Below, in pieces: positions 27,435-37,700 of a stretch of 64,000 bases of DNA. Below the pieces are notes generated by a model, which had not been told where the DNA came from, ran no database searches, and saw only the letters and a list, made by a program, of their open reading frames with translations. Each line of letters begins with the position of its first letter. Position 1 is the stretch's first letter. The translations under genes were made by a program, and so were the position numbers. The stretch lies in contig JAFZIA010000003.1 of assembly GCA_017554605.1 (NCBI GenBank), positions 1,688 to 65,687 of the forward strand, given 5' to 3'. Origin of the DNA: Bacteroidaceae bacterium. Its GTDB lineage: Bacteria > Bacteroidota > Bacteroidia > Bacteroidales > Bacteroidaceae.

Positions 27435-30400
27435 ATGAGCAAAAAGACACAAAAAACGATGTTATTTGGCAAAATGCTATTATGCTCGCTTTTGATGCTG
27501 ATAGCCTTGCCTGCGGCTACTCTGGCCAATGACAACTATGCCGAGGAGGTTGTGTGTGCTAACGAAGATGAAGCAACGGTTGTTTTTGGTTACGTAATAG
27601 ACAAACAGACCCGTGAGCCGCTTATTGGTGCCTCTGTTGCAATATGGAAGGACGGCAAGCTGCTGACAGGTACTTCCACAAACCTCGAGGGTGATTTCCG
27701 TATAATATCCCCCGTAAAGGATTTTGAGGTAGAAGTTACTTTTGTTGGTTACAGACCCATTAGATTCCGTTCGAATGAGCGTAAGCTCAAAGATATGATA
27801 ATTGAGCTCGAAGAGGACGCAAATACGTTGGGCGACGTTGTCATTACAGGTTTTGTTACAAAGAACAAGCAGACCTTTACCGGTTCGGCAACCGAAATAT
27901 CGGGTGTGGAGCTCAAGCAGGTATCGAGTACCAACATACTCAACGCAATTGCTGCACTTACTCCTGGTATGTCAATGGTGCAGAACAACTCGCAAGGTTC
28001 TAACCCTAACCATATGCCCGAGCTTGTGTTGCGCGGTATGAGCTCTTTCTCCAATGAGGGACAGCAGGTTAACCAGCCTACAATTATCCTCGACGGTTCC
28101 GAGATTACAATGCAGGACCTCTACGACCTCGACATAAACGAGGTTGAAAAGATTACCGTGCTCAAAGACGCGTCGGCAACGGCACTGTACGGTTCAAAGG
28201 CGGCAAACGGCGTCATTGTAATTACTCGCAAGCCTATCCTCGAGAGCAAGCTGCGTGTGCAGTATAACTTTACGGGTAATTTGCAGTTCCCTATGCTCGA
28301 CGATTATGATGTGCTCAATGCAGCCGAGAAACTCGAGTATGAGCGTTTGGCAGGACTGTACGATGCAAAGGGAGCGATAAACGCTACAACAGGAATGCCC
28401 TTGCAGTACGACTACGACAAGCTCTACAACCAGCGTTATATGGCTATCAGGGCTGGGCAGAATACCGATTGGCTCTCGCAGCCTGCGCGTACGGCATTCT
28501 CGCACGACCACTCGTTGCGTGTGTACGGTGGCGCACAGGACCTTCGCTTTGAGCTTACTGGCCGCTTTGGCGATACACGCGGAGTTATGAAGGACGACTA
28601 TCGTAAGCGTTACAGCATAGGATTTAAGATTGACTACTTTATGGAGAACGGTTTGCAGATTTCTAACCGTACTACCTATCAGGAATTGGACATCCAGAAT
28701 ACCCCTTACGGCTCATTCTCGCAGTATGTGCAGATGAACCCCTACGATGCAATATACAATGCCGACGGAACGCTCAACAACAATCTTGCGTGGGACCTCG
28801 ATAATCCGCTTTATGAGGCCACTATCGGCAGTTTCTCTACAAGTGGCGAGCGTACATTCAGCAATATCACGGACTTGCGTTGGGATATAAGCAAGATGTT
28901 CCTTGTGACAGGACACTTCAATGTGACAAGCAGCGCGGGTGAGAGCGACATCTTTACTTCGCCAAAGTCACGTGTCTACAAGGATATTACCGATATATCA
29001 AAGAAAGGACAATATACAAAGAGCAACGACCGCGGAACAAGCTACAACGGTAATCTTGTGGGTACTTTCAACAAGATGTTCAAGGACGAGTCGCTCATAA
29101 GCGTGTCGGCAGGTTGGGAAATAAACCACTCGCAGAATACGGGTGAGACCATACGTACAATAGGATTCTTCAACGACCACCTCTCGTCGGTTGGCAATGC
29201 TGTGGGTTATCCCAATGACGGAAAGCCTTACGGTTCAGTTTCGGAGACGGCCGATGTGGGTTTCTTTACAACAGGAAACTTCTCTTTCCGCAACCGCTAT
29301 TTTGCCGATGCAACCTGGCGTACCACAGGTTCGTCGCAGTTTGGCGAGAACAACCGCTTCGGACACTTCTGGTCGGGTGGTCTTGGCTGGAATGTGATGA
29401 ACGAGGAGTTTATGAAGGACGTAAAGAAGAACTTCGATGTATTCAAGGTGCGTTCAAGCGTAGGTTATACTGGAAAGGTAAGCTTCAGCCCCTTCCAGGC
29501 AATGACAATGTACCAGTATATGAACAGCTACGAGTATAAGAACGGAGTGGGTGCAATTCCTATTACAATTGGCAACGTCGACCTTGCCTGGGAGCGCACA
29601 ATGAACTACAATGTGGGTATAGACCTTAGTATGTTCAACCGCCGTCTGAACTTTACCGTCGATGCGTATATCCGTAACACTACCGACCTTTTGCTCGACA
29701 AGGCAAAAGCTCCTTCGACAGGTGTTACCACTGCAAAGTCGAACTTGGGCGAGATGCAGAATAAAGGTATCGAGTTCCAACTCGACGGATATGTATATCG
29801 TACCAATGATTTCTATTGGCGATTGGCTACTACCGGTTATATGAATCGCAACAAGATAACAAAGATAAATAAGGCGCTCGAGGAGATTAACAAGGAGAAC
29901 CAGGCGAATGCCGACCTCTATCTTACTCCTCTGCCACAGTATGCCGAGGGTGAGAGTGTGACTGCACTTAAGCTTGTACGCTCGGGAGGTATTGACCCAG
30001 CTACAGGAAAGGAGATATACATCAAGCGCAATGGCGAGCGTACATTTGTCTACGACCCAGCCGACAAGGTACTCATTGGTGATACCGAGCCTGCATACAA
30101 TGGAACATTCAGCACTAATCTCTATTGGAAAGGCTTCAGTCTTTATGCAATGTTCAATTTACGTTTGGGTGCGTGGGTGTATAACACCACCCGTGTGACA
30201 AAGGTCGAGGGTTCCGACCCTGTCTACAATGCCGACCGCCGTGTCTTCCAGAGCCGTTGGAAAAAGCCTGGCGATGTAGCACTGTACAAGAATATTGCCG
30301 ACAGCTCACGTCCCGAGCAGACCGACCGTTTTGCCGAGGAAGAGAATACACTTACATTGGGCTCTCTCAACCTGAGCTATGAGTTTAGCGATGACTTCTG

Positions 30401-30539
30401 CAAGAAGATGCATTTGCGTAATATGCGTGCAGGATTGAACTTTACCGATATTCTGCGCTTCTCGACAGTGAAGATTGAGCGCGGAACCGATTATCTCTAC
30501 AGTCAGGGCTTTGAATTCTATTTGAACTTAACACTTTAA
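27435..30539 (+). CDS. SusC/RagA-family TonB-linked outer membrane protein
   Basis: CarboxypepD_reg-like N-domain (VVFGYVIDKQTREPLIGASV), plug region (ITGFVTKNKQTFTGSATEISG, LRGMSSF, TVLKDASATALYGSKAANGVIVITRK) and a barrel. No STN-type N-terminal extension. Confidence 0.92.
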   Translation: MSKKTQKTMLFGKMLLCSLLMLIALPAATLANDNYAEEVVCANEDEATVVFGYVIDKQTREPLIGASVAIWKDGKLLTGTSTNLEGDFRIISPVKDFEVEVTFVGYRPIRFRSNERKLKDMIIELEEDANTLGDVVITGFVTKNKQTFTGSATEISGVELKQVSSTNILNAIAALTPGMSMVQNNSQGSNPNHMPELVLRGMSSFSNEGQQVNQPTIILDGSEITMQDLYDLDINEVEKITVLKDASATALYGSKAANGVIVITRKPILESKLRVQYNFTGNLQFPMLDDYDVLNAAEKLEYERLAGLYDAKGAINATTGMPLQYDYDKLYNQRYMAIRAGQNTDWLSQPARTAFSHDHSLRVYGGAQDLRFELTGRFGDTRGVMKDDYRKRYSIGFKIDYFMENGLQISNRTTYQELDIQNTPYGSFSQYVQMNPYDAIYNADGTLNNNLAWDLDNPLYEATIGSFSTSGERTFSNITDLRWDISKMFLVTGHFNVTSSAGESDIFTSPKSRVYKDITDISKKGQYTKSNDRGTSYNGNLVGTFNKMFKDESLISVSAGWEINHSQNTGETIRTIGFFNDHLSSVGNAVGYPNDGKPYGSVSETADVGFFTTGNFSFRNRYFADATWRTTGSSQFGENNRFGHFWSGGLGWNVMNEEFMKDVKKNFDVFKVRSSVGYTGKVSFSPFQAMTMYQYMNSYEYKNGVGAIPITIGNVDLAWERTMNYNVGIDLSMFNRRLNFTVDAYIRNTTDLLLDKAKAPSTGVTTAKSNLGEMQNKGIEFQLDGYVYRTNDFYWRLATTGYMNRNKITKINKALEEINKENQANADLYLTPLPQYAEGESVTALKLVRSGGIDPATGKEIYIKRNGERTFVYDPADKVLIGDTEPAYNGTFSTNLYWKGFSLYAMFNLRLGAWVYNTTRVTKVEGSDPVYNADRRVFQSRWKKPGDVALYKNIADSSRPEQTDRFAEEENTLTLGSLNLSYEFSDDFCKKMHLRNMRAGLNFTDILRFSTVKIERGTDYLYSQGFEFYLNLTL

Positions 30540-30547
30540 TTGCACCG

Positions 30548-32002
30548 ATGATTATGAAGAAGATGAAATATATTGTATTGTGCTTATTAGCGTTGACGTT
30601 TGTAACCACATCGTGTGACGACTTTTTGGATATTACTCCCGACGGTCAGGTGAAGCGCGACCCGCTTCTCTCTACAGCCGAGGGTATTGAGGACGCAATG
30701 TACGGCGTCTATTCGCAGATGCGCTCTACCTCGCTCTATGGTCAGGAACTTTATTTCTCGGCACTCGAGATACTTGCGCAGAATATGCACTGCGATGGTA
30801 ATGTAACCGTTACTCCGTTGAGCGCCTACGACTACACAAACACTAATGTGAAGAGTCTTTTTGAAAATGTGTGGACTCAGATGTATAAAAACATATCCAA
30901 TGTGAACAGTGTGCTCGATGCTCCTCTTGTGGCAAACGCTACTGAGTTTCCTTATACCGTATATCGTGGCGAGGTGTTGGGTTTGAGAGCCTTTATGCAC
31001 TTTGACCTTGTAAGGTTGTTCGCACCGCAATATACTCTCGACGCAACAGTGGAGGGAATACCTTATGCTACGGACTTCTCGCTCAATACCCCCGACTTTG
31101 AGTCGCTCGCGAAGAACTACGAGCATATCCTTGCCGACCTTCACGAGGCCGAGCTCCTGCTTGCCGACGAGGACGACTACGAGGGTGCGGGCAACTTTAT
31201 GCTCGACCGTCAGATACACTTCAACAAGTATGCTGTGTGGGCTACTCTTGCGCGCGTCTACCTTACAATGGGCAATAAGGAAAAGGCTAAGGAGTATGCC
31301 CTCAAGACTATCGGCGGCAAATATTCGTTGAAGGAGAAAACCGAGATTGAGAACGACCTTGCCGGAGTGCTCTCGAAGAAAGAGTGTCTCTTTGGTATCT
31401 ACAGTGCTACTTTCTATGACCAGGTGTATGCAAAATTGCACCTTACAACCACCCGTTACTCCCTAAACCTGCGCAACGATTATATGGCAATATACGAGAA
31501 GGATAATTCGGGACTCGATTATCGTGTCGATGCATATTTTGTTCCCGTTACACAGGGAGACGAGAAGGTGTACCGCCTGAAGAAGCTCACCGAGTATTAC
31601 GAGCTCAACAATATGGCTGCCAACCGTCCCGCCGACCTCATACTGGGAATAAATATGATAAGACTGCCCGAGATGTACTACATCATTGCCGAGGCATTGC
31701 TCGACGAGAACCCCACTGAGGCACTCAGCTACTACAATGCGGTGCGTGTGAACCGCGGATTGGAGCCCCTTACAGGTACTGCGCTCGACGAGAATACTGG
31801 TGAACTTGTGGAGCGTCCCCTTACTTTGGAGCATATCAATGAGGAGCGTTACAAGGAGTTCTTTGGCGAGGGACAGGAGTTCTTCAACAAGAAGCGCCTG
31901 AATCTTCCTATTCTCTCGTACGACGGTGCAACGGAGTATAAGGCAAGCAACGCAATGTTTGTCATTCCCATTCCCGATGCCGAGCGCGAGAATCGTTACT
32001 GA
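30548..32002 (+). CDS. RagB/SusD-family nutrient-binding lipoprotein
   Basis: Lipobox FVTTSCDDFLD immediately followed by the typical SusD N-terminus. TPR-like helices and ERxxEF-type motif INEERYKEFFGEGQEFFNKKR. Confidence 0.9.
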   Translation: MIMKKMKYIVLCLLALTFVTTSCDDFLDITPDGQVKRDPLLSTAEGIEDAMYGVYSQMRSTSLYGQELYFSALEILAQNMHCDGNVTVTPLSAYDYTNTNVKSLFENVWTQMYKNISNVNSVLDAPLVANATEFPYTVYRGEVLGLRAFMHFDLVRLFAPQYTLDATVEGIPYATDFSLNTPDFESLAKNYEHILADLHEAELLLADEDDYEGAGNFMLDRQIHFNKYAVWATLARVYLTMGNKEKAKEYALKTIGGKYSLKEKTEIENDLAGVLSKKECLFGIYSATFYDQVYAKLHLTTTRYSLNLRNDYMAIYEKDNSGLDYRVDAYFVPVTQGDEKVYRLKKLTEYYELNNMAANRPADLILGINMIRLPEMYYIIAEALLDENPTEALSYYNAVRVNRGLEPLTGTALDENTGELVERPLTLEHINEERYKEFFGEGQEFFNKKRLNLPILSYDGATEYKASNAMFVIPIPDAERENRY

Positions 32003-32032
32003 TTTTATTGTTGAACAGAATACTATAGATAT

Positions 32033-32866
32033 ATGAAAAAAGCATTGAATATGGTGCTGCGCGCGTTGTCTGTTGCAGCAGTCTTTCTTTTTGCAGCCTG
32101 CGAGGAGACCGATTATCTGAGATTCGATACATCGCACTCGGGAATATATTTTACAAAAGATACGCTGCACTATTCTTTCAGCGTGACTCCTGTGGAGATT
32201 AAGAGTCACCAATTCAACATCCCCGTGAGGGTGATGGGCGGTATTAGCGATAAAGAGCGCGAGGTTGAATTTGCTGTAAGAGCCGACTCTACAACAGCCG
32301 AGGAGGGCGTACATTATACGATAGGCAAAGCAGTCATTATGCCAGATTCTATCGACGGATATATTCCCGTGACAATCCTGCGCGATAATCTCGAAGGAAA
32401 TTACACCGACGGTTATAAAAAATATCGTCTCTGCATCGAGTTGAGGCAGAACAAGAACTTTGTTCCCACACTCGACTCGCTCAGCCAGGTGCGTATGCTC
32501 TATTTCGACAATGCGATTGACACTCCCGAGTGGTTCGACTATAAGAACGACAAGATATGGCACGAGGGTGCGCCTCACCCCGAGCTCGGCTCTTGGCATC
32601 CCTATACATTCATTAAGCTGGTGGAGCAGTTCCACACAATAGCCGATGTACTGCCCGAGACATACGTCAAGATGGTGGAGTATTATGGTGGCGAGAATCT
32701 CGAGAAAGTGCCATACGCATCGTTCTACCCCTATCTGCCCATTATGCAGAAGTATGTGCTTGCGCCCCTGTACGAGTACTTCAGCAACCCCGACAACCGC
32801 GAGGATATATTGGCAATGTACCCCGACTATCCTTTCGATTTCCCCAATCCATACTCTAACGATTAA
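32033..32866 (+). CDS. DUF4843-like lipoprotein
   Basis: Lipobox LFAAC and a Calx-beta-like N-domain (VEFAVRADSTTAEEGVHYT). The position after SusD matches the common SusC/SusD/DUF4843/PKD-like gene order. Confidence 0.65.
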   Translation: MKKALNMVLRALSVAAVFLFAACEETDYLRFDTSHSGIYFTKDTLHYSFSVTPVEIKSHQFNIPVRVMGGISDKEREVEFAVRADSTTAEEGVHYTIGKAVIMPDSIDGYIPVTILRDNLEGNYTDGYKKYRLCIELRQNKNFVPTLDSLSQVRMLYFDNAIDTPEWFDYKNDKIWHEGAPHPELGSWHPYTFIKLVEQFHTIADVLPETYVKMVEYYGGENLEKVPYASFYPYLPIMQKYVLAPLYEYFSNPDNREDILAMYPDYPFDFPNPYSND

Positions 32867-32897
32867 GAATCATAAACAATAGAATATCAACGGTATT

Positions 32898-34448
32898 ATG
32901 AGAATTGCAAAATATATTCTTCCGCTGTTCCTGGCGCTTGTGTCGGTATCTTGTTTCGAGGATGAGACAACCAGTGCTACCCGTCCGCTCTCCGAAATAA
33001 CCATCGATGCACAAAGTGTGTCGGGCGAATATAATGTAAACAAGAACGAAGTATTGGAGATTGCTCCTGTCGTAACCCAGACAAACAAGCAGCTGCCTTT
33101 GTCGTATACCTGGGAGATTGACCAAAAGGTTGTATCGAAAGACGAGGTATTTGTGTATAAGGCTACAACGCTTGGTGTCTTTGACGGCCGACTCATTGTT
33201 GAGAACGAGGACGGAAAGGCGTTCCACCCGTTCAAGCTCTATGTGAACTCGCCTTACGAGGAGGGTATAACCGTTCTGAGCAAGGACGCCGACGGAAAGT
33301 CTATGCTCTCTTTTATGCAAAAGGCTACATCGCCCGACGAGGAGCAGAAGTTCTACGAGGGTGACTGCTTCTCGATAAACAACGAGGGACTCTTCTTCGC
33401 CTCGAATGCCTCGGATATAATACAGACAAGCGGCTCGGTGATTATTGCCTGTCAGGGTGGCGATGCGTCGCCCGAGGACGAGGCTACGATATATTTCCTC
33501 AACGAGAAGACATTCGTGATGGAGAATATCGTAAGAGGAAGCGAGTATCCCACCTTCAAGCCTACAAAATTGCTGACACCCGGCGAGAGTGCCGAGGGCG
33601 TGTCGTATCCTGTGCTCTCGGCCGACGGCAAGGTGTATGCGCTCCCCACATACAATGCGTTGCTACAGCCTTCGCCCAAGCTACTCTCTACATACGCACA
33701 GACGGCGTTTGTGGCAGGAGAGAGTGCAAGCTACTACGATGTAATACTTTGGGACAAGGAGGTGAACGACATTACCCTTGTGTACAACGGCTACGGTCCT
33801 TACTATTGCGGCTCCAAATATCTGCTGATGCGCAACGACTCGGCTTTCTCTTCGGACGAGTACTATGTGAAGAACTTCAGCAAGCTCAAGGGCGTGCGCA
33901 CCCTAACATACATACACCGTACAAAGGAGCAGATGCTTACATCGCGTCGTGAGCTCATTGCAATTGTTGAGGCTCCGCTTATGTTGCAGAAAGTTGTGCT
34001 TGCCACATTCTTCTGGGAGCCCGTGGCAGGAAAGACAGGCGAGTACGTGGTGCTCGACAACAACGGATTTAAGAAGGCTGCTTCCCGTAACTATACATTG
34101 ATAAACGAGAATACCCCCTGTATTGCAAATGCCACATTCAAGACAATGCTTTTTGCCAATGGCAACAAGGTTATGAAGTGGTTCTACACAAAGGAGGAGA
34201 AAGAGGGTGGCAAGCAGTATCTGCTTGAGGATGCCGAGGTGCTCTTGACTGTAGGCAGTGACGACGCAGTCATTACCTCATTCGAAATAAGCGATGACCA
34301 CAAAACCACTTACGTAGCTTTTTATGAGCCCAATCAGGAGGGGCTGAACGGCTCTGTATGGGTGTTTGACACCGATAATGGTACTGTGCTTGAGAAATAC
34401 GACAATGTATGCTATCAGCCCGTGAAAATGTTCTATAAGAAGAAATAA
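32898..34448 (+). CDS. PKD-like family lipoprotein
   Basis: Lipobox VSVSC, an N-terminal Ig/PKD-like segment (LSYTWEIDQKVVS) and a long beta-rich body. Position after DUF4843. Confidence 0.6.
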   Translation: MRIAKYILPLFLALVSVSCFEDETTSATRPLSEITIDAQSVSGEYNVNKNEVLEIAPVVTQTNKQLPLSYTWEIDQKVVSKDEVFVYKATTLGVFDGRLIVENEDGKAFHPFKLYVNSPYEEGITVLSKDADGKSMLSFMQKATSPDEEQKFYEGDCFSINNEGLFFASNASDIIQTSGSVIIACQGGDASPEDEATIYFLNEKTFVMENIVRGSEYPTFKPTKLLTPGESAEGVSYPVLSADGKVYALPTYNALLQPSPKLLSTYAQTAFVAGESASYYDVILWDKEVNDITLVYNGYGPYYCGSKYLLMRNDSAFSSDEYYVKNFSKLKGVRTLTYIHRTKEQMLTSRRELIAIVEAPLMLQKVVLATFFWEPVAGKTGEYVVLDNNGFKKAASRNYTLINENTPCIANATFKTMLFANGNKVMKWFYTKEEKEGGKQYLLEDAEVLLTVGSDDAVITSFEISDDHKTTYVAFYEPNQEGLNGSVWVFDTDNGTVLEKYDNVCYQPVKMFYKKK

Positions 34449-34487
34449 ATATTTCGAAAAAAATAAAATAGTTACTTGTGATATGTC

Positions 34488-34527
34488 ATAAAGTCAGTGT
34501 ATCAAGCGATGCGCTGACTTTATTTTG
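34488..34527 (+). terminator. Terminator after the PKD-like gene
   Basis: 10-bp stem ataaagtcag / ctgactttat, extendable with G-U pairs, followed by TTTT. Confidence 0.5.
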
Positions 34528-34657
34528 TTAAATTGAGAGGTGATTTTGGATAGATGTTCGCAGAATTGTGTGAATTGTATTGAATGTCAATGCTGTATGA
34601 TGGCCGTTTTTTGTTGATTCTTTTTGTCCGGAATGCTAATTTTAGATAATTTTTTAT

Positions 34658-34665
34658 TAACTTTG
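34658..34665 (+). promoter_or_regulatory. Candidate -7 box (TAACTTTG) for the GH95 gene
   Basis: Exact TAnnTTTG, 80 nt upstream of ATG 34746 and downstream of the 34488-34527 hairpin. Confidence 0.45.
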
Positions 34666-34745
34666 CACAAATATTGCGGTGTTGTGTATGTGTAAAAAGC
34701 AGCCCTTGCCGATAATGCGGATATAACTTTATTAATTTATATTTT

Positions 34746-37700
34746 ATGTTAAGAAAACTTTGTTTGATGTTCACCGCCCTCTTGGCGGTAGCTGTGATGA
34801 GAGTCGAGGCTGCTGAGCCTGTCTTCTCCACAGAGGGTGCCCCTGTTTGGCACTGGATTCAGTTCAATGCAGGTTCGAACCTGCTTAAGGACAATGGAAA
34901 CGGCAATAATCTTAAGACAGTCACTGTTGCCGACCGTAACGACGATGCAAAATGGATTCTTGTAGGTAACGCCGATGCGTTCTACCTCAAGAGTGCCAAT
35001 GGCAACTACGTTTCTTGGAGCGGCAGCCGCTACGCTGCAACTTCTGATGCTAATGGCAAGGCTACTCTCAAGCTGCGTTTGAAGGACGATGGCAAATACG
35101 AGATAAAGCGTGCCGATAATGAAGCTGAGAAATATATGAATCAGTGGGGTGGTACAGGCGCTGGTGTAGAGCTTGGCGAGTGGAACAGTAACGACAACAA
35201 CAATGCTCTCTCATTTGTGGTTGCTCCCGAGGTGCCTATGTGCTCTACCGAGGAACTCCCCGAGTGGTACTACATACAGTTCAGTACAGGTTCGGGCGTC
35301 CTCAGCGACAAGGGAGCTGGCAACGAGGTGCTCACTGCTGCAAAAGCCGAGGAAGATGCCAATCTGTGGCAGTTGGTAGGCGAGAAGAGCAACTTCTACC
35401 TCAAGAGCAAGGCCGGTAACTACCTCTACCGCAAGGACGACGGCTTCTATGCTACAACAAACGACGCAGCGTCAAAGACAATGCTTGCAATTGACGAGAG
35501 AGTTCTTGGTTACTGGGATATTCACCGTGTGGGTGAGTCTAAGGGCCTCAACCAGTTCCAGGGTGCAGGTGTAGGCCGCCGACTCTCTGAGTGGACTGCC
35601 GGTGACACCAACAACCGTTTGCACTTCGTATATTTCCCCGTAGAGCCCGAGGTATACGAGCCTAACGTGTTCTCTACCGAGGAGTCGCCCGTATGGCACT
35701 CTGTAGAGTTCAAGACAGGTGGTCACTTCCTCTCGGACAAGGGTAACGGACAGAACCTTACAACAACTGCTGCTGCCGAGGCCGATGCACAGTTGTGGAT
35801 GTTCATCGGTAAGCCCGAGAACTTCAAGATGAAGAACAGGACTGGCAACTATGTAACCTGGAACAGTGGAGCTTCGCGCTTCGCATCATCGTCTGCTGCT
35901 GCCGATGCTGTGGAGTTGAGTTTCGTAAAGGGTACAACCGACGGTACTTGGGAACTCCAGCGTGTGGGTAGCAACAAGTGTCTCAACCAAAATGGCGGTA
36001 CTGGCGTAGGTGTCTCTTTGGGTGAATGGAATGCAGGAGATGCTAACAACCCCGTATATCTCAATCTTATCGACGAGAGCACACTTGAAAGCTATATAGA
36101 GCCTGTATTCAGCAACGACGATACTGACAACTGGTTTATGATTAAGTTTGCCAAGAATGGCAACCACCTTTCATCGGGTGGCGAGGGCAACCAGGCTGTT
36201 ACCGCATTGATGAAGAACGTGAAGTCGCAGTGGTGGAAATTTGTCGGTACAGCCGATAACTTCCAGCTCGTAAACAAAGATGGCTGCTACGCTACAATGA
36301 AGGCAGGTACAGCAACCAACGGACAGACAAGCAACCACCTGCTCTATATGCAGTCAACAGCCGATGAGCACGGTTTCCGCATCGAAAAATCGACACGCGC
36401 AAACTACACCGATGCATACGAGATCCGCTACAACGGCAAGGACGGCAACCAGAACTCGTTCAACCAGTGGGGTGGTGCAAATGCCGGCGTATCTATCGGT
36501 CTTTGGACTGCACACAGCGACGACAACAACCCTCTTTACATATATATTCCTGCTGCTAACCTTGCAAGTGTATTCGACATCGAGGGAATCGAGAACTATA
36601 CTCCCGAGAACCCCCTCACACTCTGGTACAAGAATGCGGCAAGCAATATGAATGTGAGCGACCAGTGGATGGAGTATTCACTCCCCATCGGTAACGGACA
36701 GTTCGGTGCAAGCATCTTCGGTGGTGTTGCACGCGAGCAGGTACAGTTCAACGAAAAGACACTGTGGAGCGGTACAAAGAACGACAAGAGCTCTGAGTAC
36801 GGCGACTACGAGAACTTCGGTAGCGTATATATCAACGACATAAGCGAAATCTTCGGCGAGGGCAAGAGCGTAAAGAACTACTATCGTCAGCTCGACCTCT
36901 CTAACGCAACTGCAAGCGTACACTACAGCAGCACCGACGGTTCAATCAACTTTACACGCGAATACATAGCAAGCAACCCCGACAAGGTGGTGGCTATGCG
37001 CCTCACAGCCGACAAGCCCGGAAACATCAGCATCAATGTTACATTTGAGGCTGGCCGTCCCGGATTGCGTGCTACTACCACTTACAGCAACGGTACAGCA
37101 TCGTTTGCAGGAAAATTGGAGACAATATCATACAATGCTCTTGTAAAGGTAGTTCCCACAAACGGAACAATGACAACCGACGAGAAGGGTATCACAGTGA
37201 AGGGTGCCGATGAGGTTCTTATCATCTTGGGTGGAGATACCGACTTTGATGCTTACAACCCCAACTATGTTTCGGCTACCGAGGAGCTTCCCGCCCGCGT
37301 TGAGGCAAGAGTGAACAGCGCTGCTGCAAAAGACTGGAACACTCTCTACACAGCACACGTTGAGGATTTCCAGCACTATTTCGACCGTTGTAGCTTTGAG
37401 CTTGCTGGTGCTGCAAATACAATGCCCACCGACGACCTCGTAAGAGAGTATGCTAAGCGTACAACAGGTATGGAGTCGTATGCTCTTATGCTTGAGCAGA
37501 TGTACTTTGCTTACGGCCGTTACCTCGAGATTTGTTCTTCACGTGGTGTAGACCTCCCCAGCAACCTTCAGGGTATTTGGAACAACAGTTCAGAGCCTGC
37601 ATGGAATGCTGACATTCACGCAAACATCAATGTTCAGATGAACTACTGGCCCGCAGAGCCCACCAATATGAGCGAAATGCACTTGCCTTTCCTTAACTAT

